From Mobula hypostoma (Eukaryota), in assembly GCF_963921235.1 (NCBI RefSeq), contig NC_086107.1, positions 92,568,001 through 92,632,000 of the forward strand: a stretch of DNA of 64,000 nt, given 5' to 3'. Position 1 is the stretch's first letter; each line of letters starts with the position of its first letter. Below, piece by piece: positions 63,751-64,000 of the stretch. The translations under genes and the position numbers were made by a program. The notes under the pieces were generated by a model. That model was not told the origin of the DNA. It searched no databases and saw only the letters and a program-made list of their open reading frames with translations.

Positions 63751-64000
63751 CAGTGGTCCTCTGCGGCTGTACCCCATCCACTTGAAGGTTCAATGTGTCC
63801 TGCATTCAGAGATGCTCTTCTGCCCACCACTGTTGTAATCTGTGGTTATTAGAGTTATTGTCACCTTCTTGTCAGCTTCAACCAGTCTGGCCGTTCTCCT
63901 CTGACCTCTCTCATTATCAAGCCACTTTCGATCAGAAAACTGCCACTCACCGGATCCTTTTATTTTGTTTTTCACACCAGTCACTGTAAACTTCAGAGAC
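63750..64000 (-). mobile_element. Tc1-type non-autonomous element fragment (family of 8980-9546)
   Basis: Reverse ORF NERGQRRTARLVEADKKVTIT...SGGQKSISECRT. Confidence 0.8.

Overview
Vertebrate nuclear DNA. The repeat inventory (CR1 and Rex1-type LINEs, V-SINEs, Penelope-like termini, Tc1 elements) is typical of a cartilaginous fish, probably a ray; this is an inference. Only one host coding exon is convincing: 62670-62823 (+), encoding 51 aa (MSGDGEEELCRNALALVNELCFSIRGNHNNEKCIEFSYLLRDRDRTRHIET), gene not recognised. A CpG-rich, ATG-free stretch at ~10850-11211 ending in a splice donor is a probable non-coding first exon, which would make most of the window a ~51-kb first intron. That interval holds a ~16-kb composite TGTACA-core satellite (its 800-2700-aa ORFs are artefacts) and many nested, decayed transposons. 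The most interesting signal is a family of Penelope-derived termini carrying a minimal type I hammerhead ribozyme. Three copies have an intact core: two inside an 840-bp palindromic insertion with a 13-bp target-site duplication (TSD), and one as a ~90-100-bp ribozyme-only insertion. No CRISPR array, rRNA gene or true tRNA gene is supported. Repeat boundaries are read by eye and are approximate unless a TSD or terminal inverted repeat (TIR) is quoted.
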